Assembly (NCBI GenBank): GCA_050273025.1
Contig: CP158635.1
Coordinates: forward strand, 9,238,001-9,302,000
DNA: 64,000 nucleotides
Direction of reading: 5' to 3'
Origin: Cenococcum geophilum
Taxonomy: Eukaryota
This document shows positions 12,195 through 25,436 of the stretch, piece after piece. The notes below the pieces were generated by a model that was given only the letters and a program-made list of their open reading frames with translations, was not told where the DNA came from and ran no database searches. Position numbers and translations under genes: made by a program. How positions within the stretch are numbered: position 1 is the first letter of the stretch; every line of letters starts with the position of its first letter.

Positions 12195-15100
12195 ATAACT
12201 GTAATATATAGGGTTACTTTATTTTATTCTGCCCGGAGCCAAAGGATATAAGCAATATTAAGGAGATAAAGGAAGGAGAAACGTCTGATAAGTTAGGAAA
12301 AAAAGAACCCTAGGGAAAGACTCCCCCCTAGGGTACCCTATTAATCTTAAAGAGATTAATTTTAGTTAGTTAATGGGTGGAAAGCATTTTATAGTTCTAT
12401 ATATAGTATCTTAAAATAGATATAAAGTTAATATAACTGCCCTTATTAACACTAGAGCAAATAGCTTTACCTTTATAAATACTACCTATATAAGTAATAT
12501 TGCTAAGTTTTTAAATATAGAAGCCATCTAACTAGAGAAGCCTATCTAGATAAAAGGCTATAATAGCTAAGCCGGTTAGCCCGTTACCCACGTCTTAAAG
12601 TTATGTATTGCTCTTAATAGACGACGCTAATACGGTATCCCCTTTTATATCTTAGACCTAGGGTCCTATAATATAATCCTTAGACAAAAATAGATGCTCT
12701 GTTTTAATATTTGGTTAAATATATAATAAAGACAGTTTGTCTAGCTAGAGGATAGACGAAAGTTACCCTCTTTTATTAGGGAGATCTAAACTAATTATAA
12801 GACACTAGCTATAAGGGCTAACCCTACTTACTAATAGAATGTCTGGGCCTGTGACCTATCCTTTACCTAAAAAGATGCTTATTATAAAGCTAGAAAGAAC
12901 TCTATACTAATAAAGATACTTTTCTAAAGCGCTATATTTAAAGAGGACTCTACGTATAAAAGCGGGATAGATAATAATATAGACAATGTCTAAATTGTAT
13001 AGATATAACTGGTATAAAAAAGAACGTATTAATAGAATATAAGGGATAACCTCTAAAAGATGCAATAAGAGCTAAAAGGAGTAATGATAACGCTAGTACC
13101 CTAGAAGTCTCTAAAGTTATATACGCCCCTATTATTAGGTAACCCCCCTACTATAGATATTGCCGTAATTAGTGCTATAGCGTTTTACTTTAATATGTAC
13201 TAGAAGGATAATAAGGTCTTTATAATAAGCCTATATAAGATTAACCAAATTATTAATAATAGAGAGGAAAGACTAGCTAAGGAAACTAATAAGGAACTAG
13301 TTAAACGCCTTCTTTTTATTATTTATATAGATTATAAGGATATATTCTTAAAGGGGGCCTTAAATAAGTTACCCCCTTACTAGACATATAATTATAAGAT
13401 ATAATTAAAAGATAATAACTCGTTAGGCTATAGCCCCCTTTATTATTAATTAATGGATAAGCTAAAAGTAATAAAGTAGTACTTGATTAATAACCTAGAT
13501 AAAGGGTTAATTAAGCTAAGTTAAGCCCCTTTTACTTCCCCTATTCTATTTATAAAAAAGCTTAATAAAGACCTTTATTTTTATATTGACTATTAAAAGC
13601 TAAATACTATTACTTAAAGGGACCGGTATTCTATTTCTTTAATTAACGAGACCCTTATACGTCTAAGCTAGGTAAAGATCTTTACTAAACTTAATATCCG
13701 CTAAGCTTTTTACCGAATTAGGATAGACCCTATATCTAAAGATTTAACAACGTTCCGTACCTATTATAGTTCCTATAAATATAAAGTTCTTTTTTTAGAC
13801 TAATAAACGGACTGGCTATGTACTAAAGGTATATAAATAACGTTCTTTTTAATTACCTTAATAAATTTTATACGGTATACCTAGACAATATTCTTATATA
13901 CTTAGATAATAAACTTAAGTATTAAGTTTATATTAAAAAGGTTTTAGAGAGATTACAAAACGCGGGCTTATAAGTTAATATTAAGAAATATAAGTTTAGG
14001 GTAAAACGTATAAAATACCTTAGGTTTATTATAACTATAGAAGAAATTAAGGTTAACCTTAAGAAGGTAGGGGCAATTTATAACTAGAAGCCCCCTTATA
14101 TAGTAAAAGGAATCTAATCCTTCCTTAGCTTTTATAACTTTTACTGCTAGTTTATTTATAACTACAAAATTATAGTAAAACCTCTTATATAACTAACTAG
14201 GAAGGACACGCCTTTTATCTTTAATAATAGCTATATAGAAGCCTTTAAAGAGATAAAGGATTAGCTTATCTCTTCCCTAATCCCTTATTACTATAACCTA
14301 GACCTTAAATTAATACTAAAAATAGATGCCTCTAATAGGGTTATAGCAGGAATTCTATTACAGTTATATTTAGACGGCAAATAGTACCCTATAGCTTGCT
14401 TTTTAAAGATAATAAACCCGGCTAAGTATAACTATAAAGTATATAATAAAGAAATACTAGCTATTATTTAATTACTCTCCTAATAGCGCGTAGAGCTTAA
14501 AGATATAAACTTCTAAATTAAGATATATATAGATTATAAAGCCCTAGAGTATTTTATAACTATAAAGCAGCTTACTAGATAATAAGCCTAGTAGGCTAAA
14601 ATACTCTCCTAATTCTTTTTTATAATTATATATTATTCTAGTAAGTAAAACTTTAAGGCTAATGCCCTAACCTAAAGAGAATAAGATATAGGACCCTAAA
14701 ATAAGCTAAAGACCTAATATTAGACGCGCGCCCTCCTTTATTTAAAACAGTATAACCTACGGATCCTTAAGGAGCTAGACTCCTAGTAAAATAAGCTAGC
14801 ACTAATAGAGGAGCTTTTAGATAAGCTAATAGGGCTAATTAACTACCTCCTAACTATAAACCGCACGGCTAACGCCTTAAGGGCCCTTCGCGAATAAGCC
14901 GTAATAGGAGACCCCGATTTTAAGATAGAGGAAGGATTGCTTCTATACTAGGAGCGGCTTATAGTCCCTAATATTAATATTTATAAACTAAACTAATCTA
15001 CGAAGCTTATTGCTAAGTCTTTATAGTATACCCTAGTAAGAATAAAACCCGTAAAATTATTAACTGCCGCTATTATTAGCTAAGAATAGTTACGGATATT

Positions 15101-16670
15101 AATTAATATATATGAAACTGCGAAGACTACTAGAGAGCTATAATCCCATAGGGTAAGACCCTAGGACTACTTAAGCTACTTCTAATACTAAAGCGCCCTT
15201 AGCAGTATATCTTTATAGACTTTTATAAACTACCTAGGGACTATAACGGATACGATATGGTTATAGTTATAGTTAACTACTTTAGTAAACGCCTGTTTTT
15301 AATTCCCTATTATAAGAATATCGATATTAAAGAGGTAGCCTAGCTATATGTTTATTACGTCTACCAAATCTATAGACTACTAAATACTACTATATCTAAT
15401 TATAGGCTATAGTTTATAATAGCCTTCTAAAATAAGTTTACCTAGATCCTAGGTATTAAGTTAAAGCTTTTTATAGCTTATTACCCCTAGACAGACGGTT
15501 AGACGGAGATTATAAATTAGTACCTAGACTAAAGGCTTAGGCCCTTTATTAACTATTTCTAGGATAACTAGTTAGAACTATTATCTTTAATAGATTACGC
15601 GCAAGCAACCTTACCCTACAACTCTACTAGGTTTGCCCCGATTTAGCTAGAAATAGAATACTTACCCTATATAAGCTTTAACTAGAAAAGGCTAGAAGAA
15701 CCCTAGACTATATAAGAGAAGCTATTTTATACTAAGGCCTAACAGTACAAAATAATTGGAGGAAGCCTAAATAGTAGCCCACAAGAACCTAGAAAAAGCT
15801 TAAAAGTTAATAAAACAGCAGGCGAATAAACACCGTTAAGAGCCTAACTTTGCCCCTAGTAATATAGTCTAGGTTATAATAAGAAATTAGAAGACCGAAC
15901 AACCTAGCTATAAGCTAGATTACTAGATAGTAGGACCATATAAGGTTCTTAAGAAGGTAGGTAACTTATATAAGATAAAGCTCCTAGATTTAATTAGGGT
16001 TTACCCTATCTTCTTAATAGATAAGTTATAGAAAGCTATAAACAACCTATTACCTAGATAAAAGAATGAGCCTCCCCTACTAGTTTAAGTAAACGGTAAC
16101 AATAAATAGGAGGTTAATAAAATACTAGCCTATAAGATAGTATAGGGAGCGCTAAAATACCGTATTTAATAGAAAGGCTACAATCCTAACCTAACCTAGT
16201 ACCCTATGTAGAACTTTATAGGCTGCCCCTAAAAGCTTAAAGAGTTTTATAACTAATACCCTAATATACCTAGACCCCTAAAGTACCTAGATAAATAGAT
16301 AGAATATTAGTAGGATAGAGATAATAAGTTACTGGAAGAATATAGGGACAAAAACGCCCTAAAGCCCTAATATAGCTGTTTGCCGTTTTCTAACGTTTCC
16401 TGCTAGTACCGTAAAATTTTAGATATCTAGAAACTTTAACCGCCGGTTAAAGTTATCTAATTAGTTAGATCTGTGCTAAGACTTTTAGCGGCTACTTTTT
16501 CTAGCCTAGTGCTTCCGCTTAGCCTATAGTCGCCCTTTATACTTAGTCTGGACGTACTTATATCCCCTTTTATCTTCTTATCTTATTTTATAATTCTACG
16601 TTTATAAGCCTAGTACTACCCTATTTCTAACTAAGCCTAAAAGTAGGCTTTCTTTTAAAGAAGGGGGTAA

Positions 16671-16880
16671 TGTAACGGCGCTACCGCACGTTACCTGCCA
16701 AATTCTGCTATATTCTGCCGACCTATAATTGGCCCGCCCAAAGCTAGCGCCTTAGCGGCTTACCTTATATATTTGTTTATATCGGTCCTAGCGACCCCTT
16801 TTTCTTCTCTTTAGCTTAGTATCTTCGTAATACAGCATTCTACAAGCTTTGGTTTAGAAGTATTTATATAAGCTATAATA
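16671..16880 (+). repeat. 3' LTR of Gypsy B1
   Basis: Begins TGTAACGGCG after the PPT and is followed by TSD ATAAG. Confidence 0.95.
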
Positions 16881-18963
16881 ATAAGGTACTAAGCCTAATA
16901 GCCTAATACGCCGCTTATAAGACGTCCCTTAGTTAAAAAAGACCTTTATAATTAGTTCTAATAATAGATAATCCTAAAAGTTTAAAATTTAGCCCTAGGT
17001 ATACTACCTATAATAAAACTAACTAAACCTTAGCTTTATACTATAGAACTAAAGTTACCTCCTAAAATTAATAAGCTTATTACTACGGCATATAACACCT
17101 CTATTAACCTATTATTATATTAACTTATTACTATAAAGACCGCTAACACCTATATACTACCTATTAACATCTAAAGCTTAGGCTAGATTAATATAGCAGC
17201 CTTAAAAGTAAAAGAGAATAGGCTCTACTATAAAGGCCGCTTATTTATCCCTAACTTAGAAAATCTATAACGGTAACTAATCTAAATAGCCTATAACCTC
17301 TAATTAAGCGGCTACCTAGGTAGAGGAGGAACCTATAAGCTTCTTAGCTAATACTACTTTTAGCTAAAAATAATAGACTTAGTTAAACACTTTATAGGCA
17401 CCTATTACGGTTATAAGCGCGCTAAGGCCTTTAATATAAAGTACTAAGGACTACTATACCCTTTACTAGTACCTATATAACAATAGACAGATATCGCTAT
17501 AGATTTTATTATTAACTTACTACCCTATAAATAATACGGCTGTACCTATATGAATATCCTTATAATAATATACCAACTTATAAAAGAGCGCCACTACGTC
17601 CTAACTAAAGGCATAGCCATTAGCAATATTACTAACGCCTTCCTTTATAAAGTTTACTAACTACATAGGTTACCTAACTTAATTATATCCAACTAAGGTA
17701 TATAATTTAACTCTAATATATAGAGACAAATCTACTAACGCCTTAGTATCTCTCTTAAAATATCTGTATCCTTTTACTATAATACTACTAAATAACTAGA
17801 AAACGCTAATACTAGTATAAAAGCGTACCTATAATAGGTAGTCGCCTATAATTAAGATAACTGGGTAAGTTACCTCCTATTAGGTAAATTCGCAGCAAAT
17901 AACTACGTCTTAACTACTGTAGGACTTACCCCGTTCTTCGCGAATAATAGTTATTACCCCTAATCTAGTATAGAGCCACTAGAACCTATTAATAAAAAAC
18001 TACTATATAGAAAACGCCTTAGGATACTACTTATTAACCAGTATACAAACTATATAAAAAATCTACTTAACTACTATAAGGGAGAAATGGCCTAGGCTTA
18101 AGTAAAGTAGGCCTACTTTGCTAACCGTTATAGAATACCACTACTAAAGATATGTATTAGCGACTAGGTATAGCTAGATATATATAATATCTCTATATAG
18201 AGGCCTATAAAGTCACTTAATTATAAGAACCTTAGCCTCTATTTAATTAAATAAGTTATTAATAAGGGAGCTATATATAAGCTAAAACTCTTACCTACCC
18301 TAGCTACCTGTAGAATATAGCCTATATTTTACCTATAGCTACTATACCTTTATTAGCCTAACCCCTTACTAGGGTAGATATAGCCTAAACCCCTACTAGT
18401 ACTAATCTAAGATAAGAATAAAGATGAGAACTATAAGGAGTAGACTATTAAACAAATTATTAACTTTAAATATTTTAGTAAAGGTAAAGTACAACGGCTC
18501 TACTATAGAGCTATATATATAGGATTTAATATAAATTAGCCAGAATGGCAACTATAGGAAGACTTTAAAAATGCAAAGAATCTAATTAATGACTTTTACT
18601 ACGCAAACCTATAAAAACTAGGCCTAAGCAGAGATTTTATACCTAATCCTCTATAAAAGCCCTTATAGAGTTAAACCGTTATATATTACTATATAAGGGC
18701 AAATTGCTATTAGATTGCATTAGATTACGGTAAAGTATAATTATATAACCGGAATATTGTTAAGATATCTAGGAACTTTAACCAGCGGTTAAAGTTATCT
18801 AATTAGTTAGATTCTTAGATGCCAAGCCTTATTATATAATATTATTTTAAGCCTTTAGCAATACCCCCCTTTTTTCTTTATTTCTATACCTTAAGTATCC
18901 CTTTTATATATATATAGTATTCACAGCGTCGCCAGAACTCCGCCTTTATAGAAGGGGGAGTAG

Positions 18964-19156
18964 TATTACGGAACCCTACTATAAGGGCCTCTATAGGAGA
19001 GCCCCGTGCTCTTATATATACCTTATATATAGCTTATATTAGCTACGCGTAGGTATATTACCTCCTTACGCCCTTAACCCTTACGATTAATTGCGTAATG
19101 TCTTATAGTCTCCTTAAATACATACGCTCTATAGCCACTGCCTACGTTTTATAACA
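18964..19156 (+). repeat. 3' LTR of Gypsy A (~193 bp)
   Basis: Starts TATTACGG (RIPed TGTTACGG) just after the PPT and ends ATAACA. The Gypsy E chromodomain resumes immediately afterwards. Confidence 0.75.
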
Positions 19157-19372
19157 ATAGTAGTTTCTAAATAGTCTTATTATAGCCTATCGATTTAACT
19201 TTATACTATATTTATTCTTATTATTCTTATAACTAATAATCTTTAAAACTTACTATTTATCTTCTTTCTATCTTTTATATATATCTACTTTATAAAATAG
19301 TAGCTTAATATTTTTATATACTAGCTCTAGTATCGCAATATGCTATATAGGGTAGATCTTTATTTTAGCTAG

Positions 19373-19599
19373 TATTAGCGACTTAGTTAATCAAGATATA
19401 AGCACGGCAAAAGGGTCGCGCAAGCCTATACGATTGGATTGTCTATAAACGAGAATCTAAAGCTAAAAAAAGGAAAGGAGAAAAAAGGGAGCGCCGCTCG
19501 AAGCTATATACGATCTTCGCGTCACGTGACCACAATATACGGCAATCTGTGGCAACTTGCCGGTGTGTAGTTCTGCCAAGTTCTACTAGTGCCGTAACA
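19373..19599 (-). repeat. 3' LTR of Gypsy C
   Basis: Direct repeat of 25127-25353, adjacent to the PPT. Confidence 0.93.
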
Positions 19600-22500
19600 T
19601 TACCCCCCCCCTCTAAAAAAGCCTGCCCTTAGGCTTTACCGCTAAAAGTTTTAGTAAGAGAATCTGACTAATTAGACAACTTCAACCGCCAATTAAAGTT
19701 CCTGGATATCTTAGCACCTCACGTAACTAAGAAATTTCTGGGGCGTTTTTGTCCTTATGTTCTTCTGGTAGCTTATTATCTTTATTATACTAGCATTCTA
19801 TCCACTTATCTAGGTACTTTAGTAGTCTGGGTTTATTAGGGTAACGGCTGTGAAACTCCTAAAGCTTATAGGGGCTACCTATAAAGTTCTATATAGGGTA
19901 CCAAGTGGGGTCCAAGTTATATTTTTTCCAACTAATATGATACTTTAACGTTCCCTTTATAAGTTTATAGGCCAATATTTCTTTAATTTCCCATTTATTA
20001 TTATTGTTAACTTAAATTAGCAGGGGAGGTTCATTCTTTTGTCCGGGTAGTAGGTTATTTATAGCTTTCCGTAGCTTATCCGGTAAGAAGATAGGGTGGA
20101 CTTTAATTAAGTCTGGGAGCTTAACCTTATATAAGTTACCTACTTTATTAAAAATCTTATACGGTCCTGCTATTTTATAGTTTAGCTTATGGCTAGGCCG
20201 TTCTGTCTTCTAGTTCTTTGTTATAACCTAGACTATATCGCCTATAGTAAAGTTAGGCTCGCGCCTATACTTATTTGCCTACTGTTTTATTAATTTCTAG
20301 GCCTTTTTTAGGTTTATACGGGCTACTTTCTAGGCTTCTTTTAAGCGCTTAGCGTACTGCTAGGCTTCCTTATAAGATAGTTTTTCGCGTATAGTCTGGG
20401 GCCCTTCTAGTCTTTCCTAGTTAAAGCTTATACGGGGTAGGTAACCCATTTCTAGTTAAATAGGGGCAAATCCAGTAGAGTCGTGGGGTAGGGTTGCTTG
20501 GGCGTAGTTTATTAAGGGTAATAGTTCGGCCTAGTTATCCTAGAAGTAGTTAATAAAAGGCTAGAGTCTTTGGTCTAAGTATTAATTTATAATTTCCGTT
20601 TAACCGTCTGTCTAGGGGTAATATACTATAGAAAGCTTTAGCTTAATGCCTAGGATCTAGGTAAACTTATTCTAAAAGGCTAATATAAACTGCGGCCTGT
20701 GGTCGGATATAATAGTATTTAGTGGTCCGTAAATTTAATAGATATAGTGGATATACAGTCGGGCTGCCTCTTTAGCATTAATATTTTTGTGATAGGGAAT
20801 TAAGAACGGGCGCTTACTAAAGCGGTTAACTAGGATTATAACTATATTATATCCGTTATGGTCTAGAGGTAGCTTATAAAAGTCTATGGAGATATATTAC
20901 TAAGGGCGGTTGGGTATTAGGAGGGGTTTTAATAGTTTTAGGGTCTTATCTTATGGAATTGTAGACCTATAGCAGTTGTTGCAGTTCCGTATATAGCGGT
21001 TAATATCCATAACTATTCTGGGCCAGTAGTAGCGGTTGCTAATAATCCTATAGGTTTTATTCTTTCTAGGGTAGGCCGTAGAGACCTAGGTATGTGCTTT
21101 AGCAATAAGCTAAGTCCGTAAGTTCTGTTCCTTTACCACTACTAGCCGTTCCTAATACTTAAGTAATTTATTTTCGAGGGACTATAGGCTGGTAACGTTC
21201 TTTGCCTTTTTACGGTACTCCTGTAGAGAAGGGGCCGTACGGTTTGTTTGTAGCAATTTATCAATTAAGTTAAGTCCTAAAGGGTTAATAGGATATATCT
21301 CGGCGCCTAAGAAGTCTGTACTTAGTTCTGCCTATATTTAGGGGTTAAGGTGCTCTAGTTATAGTAGCGTCTAGGTCTATAATAAGATCTTCGCAGCCGT
21401 ATAGTCACTTAGGTCTTATTCGCGCCTAGTAAGAGTATTCGTACGGTTTATAGCGCCTGGTCTATATATAATTAAGAAGTTAAACTAAAATAGGATATCC
21501 GCCTAGCGTGCCTGCTAGGCCGTAAGGGCCTTAGTTATTATGAAGTATTCTAGGGCCTTATAATTTAATACTACTTTAATAGGTTTAGGGGTCCCCTCTA
21601 GCTGTACACGCCAGTGCTGAAAGCTAGAGATAATAGCTAGCATTTCTTTATTATAGATGTGGTAGTTTAGTTTAGTATCTATTATAGTCTTTAAATAGTA
21701 TACGACAGGGTGCTATTTTCCGTTTAGTTGCTTCTGGGAAAAAATACCGGCTATCGCGCTGTCTAAGGTATTAGTTTCTAGCGTTAAGGGCCGTTCTGGG
21801 TTAAAGTAGGTAAGTAGGGGGGCCGATACTAGCCGTTTTTTAAGCTTATTAAAGGCCTGCATACATATAGCGTTAAAGTAAAAGGGCTGGTCTTTCTTAG
21901 TAAGGCGGTTAAGAGGCCAGGTAATCCTGCTGTAGTTCTTAATAAAGCGTTAGTAGAAGTTATAGAAACCTAAAAATAATTATACCCCTTTTACGGTCTG
22001 TGGGGGCGTCTACTAGTTAATTACGGTTGTTTTCTCTGGGTCGGCCTTAATTCTATCTATGCTAATAATAAAACCTAGGTACTTTGTACACTTAACACTA
22101 AATTTTAACTTCTTAATATTAGCCTAGAGGCCAGCTTTGTGGAGCCGTTATAGGACTTTATAGATATGCTCCTCGTATTCCAGTTCGTTCTCTAAGTAGA
22201 TTATAATATTATCTAAATAGGCCGTATAGAAGTTGTTAAGGTAGTTAAAGAGTATATTATTTATATACCGCTAGTACGTAGCTAGTCCGTTAGTTAGTCT
22301 AAAAGGAAGTACCTTATATTTATACGTCCTATAACGGGTCTGGAATATAGTAAGATCCTTAGACCTGGGGTCTATCCTAATTTAGTAAAAGGCCTAGCGG
22401 ATATCAAGCTTTATAAAAACCTTAGCTCTATTTATTTAGGTAAGAGTCTTATTAAGTAAGGGCAGCGGGTAGCGGTTCTTATAGGTTATATTATTTAGCT

Positions 22501-25126
22501 TACGGTAGTTAATACAGAAGCGCAGTCCTCTATTTGGCTTTTTAATAAAGAGAATAGGTAAGTTAAAAGGGGCTTGGCTAGGCTTAATGAAGCCCTTATT
22601 TAGGTTGTTAATAAGGTACTATTTTATAGCTTATAATTTAGTAATAGATTATAGGTAGAGAGGGCTAAAGCTAAGGGTGCTTCCCTTATCTTGCTTAATC
22701 TTAATCTTATAGTTATATAGTTAGTGGGGTGGAAGTATATTAGACGCTGCCTTAGAGAATATGTCCTTGAATTTCCGGTGTTAATTAGGCAGTTTTTGCT
22801 CTACTAGTTCTTTATCTATAAGCCCACTTTCCTATCCGCTAAGCTCGCTTTTCTTTTCCTTAATTATTCGGTTAATTTTGTATAGGCTAGTTGTAAAGGT
22901 AACGGTATTAGGCTGAACTAGGTTCTGGTAAAATCCTATAGCGCTAATGTAGTAGACATTAACTGGTGGGAGGTCCGTAGGTTTCTTTAGCGTCTATTAG
23001 GCCGTAATTTGCGGTATAGGGTTTATGGTCTTCCTTAGCTTACGTTCTATTTTCCGTAAGTTATTCTTTCTATCTATTAGTTTAGTATAGCGTCCAATAT
23101 CCCTAGCTTTCCTTTATAGCTTTATAGGGTTCTCCGTAGGGAACTTAGCTAGATCACTACCGACTCTCTAGGTCTCTAGTACGGGTGGCGTAATATAGGT
23201 AGTTTGAGGGTGGTGTAGTATACGGATCTGTTATGGGTTAAGCTATACGTCCTTCTTAAAGGCCTGGTCTCTGCGTATAGTATTAGCCTAGTAAATAGTA
23301 TTAATCTAGGGCCGTATAAGGTTTTCTATTATAATGCTAATTTCTTTTATAAAGGAAGGGGTTAGGGGTAGAGTTTCGGGCCAGATAAGCTGTTTACTCT
23401 ATATTTTAAGCTATAAGCCTAAATAGGCTAGCTATTTTCTTCTTAAGATTATATTATGGCTTCCTAAGTCCGTAATGAGAAAGGGGACGTTATATTGCCT
23501 TCGTCCGTTAACGCGGAGGTAGATCCGTAAGATAGTTATAATAGGTGGCCCTATTTATCCGTTATAACCGTAAATAGGGATTGGTTTAGGTAGTTCTTTA
23601 AGGGGTATATTTAAAAAGTTAGCTAGTTTTGCAGCGCACTTTATGTTAATTAAGGTAAAGGCATTTATTTCTAAGTCAGCTAACGTAGAGGTTAAAACTT
23701 GATATCTATTGCGAAATAAAGTATAAGGGATAGTGTAGCTTCTTTTACTAACTAGCTGACCTAGATTAATATGTGATATATCGATCCCTTTTAACCCTAG
23801 AGAGGAGTTTTCCTCTAAGGTTTCTCTTTTTCTGGCTCTATACTATTCTCCTAAATTAATAGGACCTTGTTTATCTTTACCTTTATTAGGTAGTTCCTTA
23901 TAGGGTGGCCTATTTAACTATATAAAAAGCAAGCTCCTTAATCGCTAAGGGCCTGTATATAGGGGTCGCTATATATAGGCCGGGTGTATACCGGGCCTAT
24001 AGTAAGGGTAGCTGCGCGGCTAGCTGCTGGGTTAGCTATAGGAGTTGCTGATTATGCCAGGGCACTATAGGCCGTACTTGTAGTACTTATAGCCTAGTTT
24101 ATAAGGTTTCTAGTTTTTAGCTAGTTAGCGCGTGCCTTAATTTAACGGAGGCCTTAGTTAATAGCTAGGTAATGGTCTATAAGTTCCTTTAACGTCTATG
24201 CCGTAGTATAAGCTGTTAATACGGCCCGCTGTAGGTCTAGGGTAAGCTTGTTGAAGAGGTCTGGCAGTAGGTCTTCTTAGAGGATCTAGGCCGGTTTAGC
24301 TAGGTGTAGAAAGCGGGTTTAGAAGGCCGAAAAGGTCTCCATTGTTTTTATATTTAGGCTTTTATAGCTAAGGCGGGCGTTTTATACTTTAAAAGGGTTT
24401 TTATAAATAGAAGATAAGTGTTTAATTATTTCTTCTTTAGAGATGAAGGGGTCTGCTAAGTCTTTAGTGTATTGCGGGCGTAAATGCGTTTAGGCGTCTC
24501 CGCTAGTACGGCTGAAGATATAGGCCATTTTGGCTTAGGCGTTAGGGAAGTGGTCTATATTAACTTTAAGCTTGTCCTATAATTAAAGCTTCCAATTATT
24601 AAATATAGGGTCGGTTCCGTCTATAAGTAGTAGGGGGTCCGTGACCTTTGCTGACCGCTTTAGTGCGGTATAGGCCTTAGTAGATTTACTAAGGCGCTAG
24701 GATAGGGCCTAAAGGACTGTAATAAGTCTTTAGTTGTCTAATAATGACTTATTATTAGATATAGGGGTATTTCTAGCTTTAAGTAGCTCTCGCAATTATT
24801 TAATTTTGGTATTGGCAGCCGCAAGCTCCGCCTAGGGGGTTAAAACGTTAATTGTTTCTTTGTCTAAAGTATTTAAGGGTCCTGTAGCTGCTTTACCTAC
24901 TGCTATAGTTTGTGGCATAGTAGTAGGGGTATTGGGTAATTCTAGGTAATTTCTTTAGGGGTTCTGGTCTGTGTGTGTCTTATAGGTCCTTTTCTTAGGG
25001 TTCTGTTCTTTTCTTTTGGGTCCTGTCTTTGTGGTCCTGGTGATGTCCTTAGGGTCCTATTCTGTGTTCTTGTAGATATATTTAAGTTCCTTTTTAGGAA
25101 GAAAGAGTAGAGTAAGCTTTAGATAA

Positions 25127-25353
25127 TGTTAGCGACTTAGTTAATTGAGATATAAGCACAGCAAAAGGGTCGCGTAAGCCTGTACGATTGGATTGTCTAT
25201 AAACGAGAATCTAAAGCTAAAGAAAGGAAAGGAGAAGAAGGGGAGCGCCGCTCGAAGCTATATACGATCTTTGCGTCACGTGACCGCAATATGCGGCAAT
25301 CTGTGGCAACTTGCCGGTGTGTGGTTCTGCCAAGTTCTGCTAGTGCCGTAACA
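25127..25353 (-). repeat. 5' LTR of Gypsy C
   Basis: TGTTAG...GTAACA termini, adjacent to the PBS at 25115-25124. Confidence 0.93.
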
Positions 25354-25436
25354 GCTAGTAGGTTTAACTTAAATATAATTAGTAAAATCTATTATATAAA
25401 TTTAAAAGGTCCTAGTCTAATATAGTATAACTTTTT

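Larger units (their letters stand above)
5471..16880 (+). mobile_element. Gypsy/chromovirus element B, copy 1 (full length, RIP-degenerate), interrupted by a Tad1-like LINE
   Basis: 210-bp LTRs at 5471-5680 and 16671-16880; 5-bp TSD ATAAG at 5466-5470 and 16881-16885. gag from ~5915; protease ~12430-12720; RT ~13370-14100 (YLD(N)IL ~13877); RNase H; integrase; chromodomain ~16085-16260; PPT AAGAAGGGGG before 16671. Colinear with copy 2. Confidence 0.95.
1823..19156 (+). mobile_element. Gypsy/chromovirus element A (gag, protease, RT, RNase H, integrase, chromodomain, 3' LTR), RIP-degenerate, interrupted by Gypsy B1; 5' LTR not in window
   Basis: CCHC-like knuckle ~3100-3155; protease-region PIIL..W ~3660-3716; RT LPP.RP.D...REYINEHL.KGFI ~4150-4300 and AYLD(N)ILIYS ~4660-4690; RNase H ~5100-5460. 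Frame rejoins across B1 as VYK(P)GV(Q)|GTKP(D)SL(T)RR. Integrase ~17280-18350; chromodomain ~18435-18610; PPT GAAGGGGGAG 18951-18960. Confidence 0.9.
19373..25353 (-). mobile_element. Gypsy/chromovirus element C (full length, ~5.98 kb, RIP-degenerate)
   Basis: 227-bp LTRs at 19373-19599 and 25127-25353; 5-bp TSD GCTAG at 19368-19372 and 25354-25358; PPT (C-run on + strand) ~19603-19614. Has gag with CCHC ~23890-23935, protease, RT (AYLD.I ~22205-22222), RNase H, integrase and a chromodomain ~19850-19995 very similar to family B. LTRs differ from B. Confidence 0.95.
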
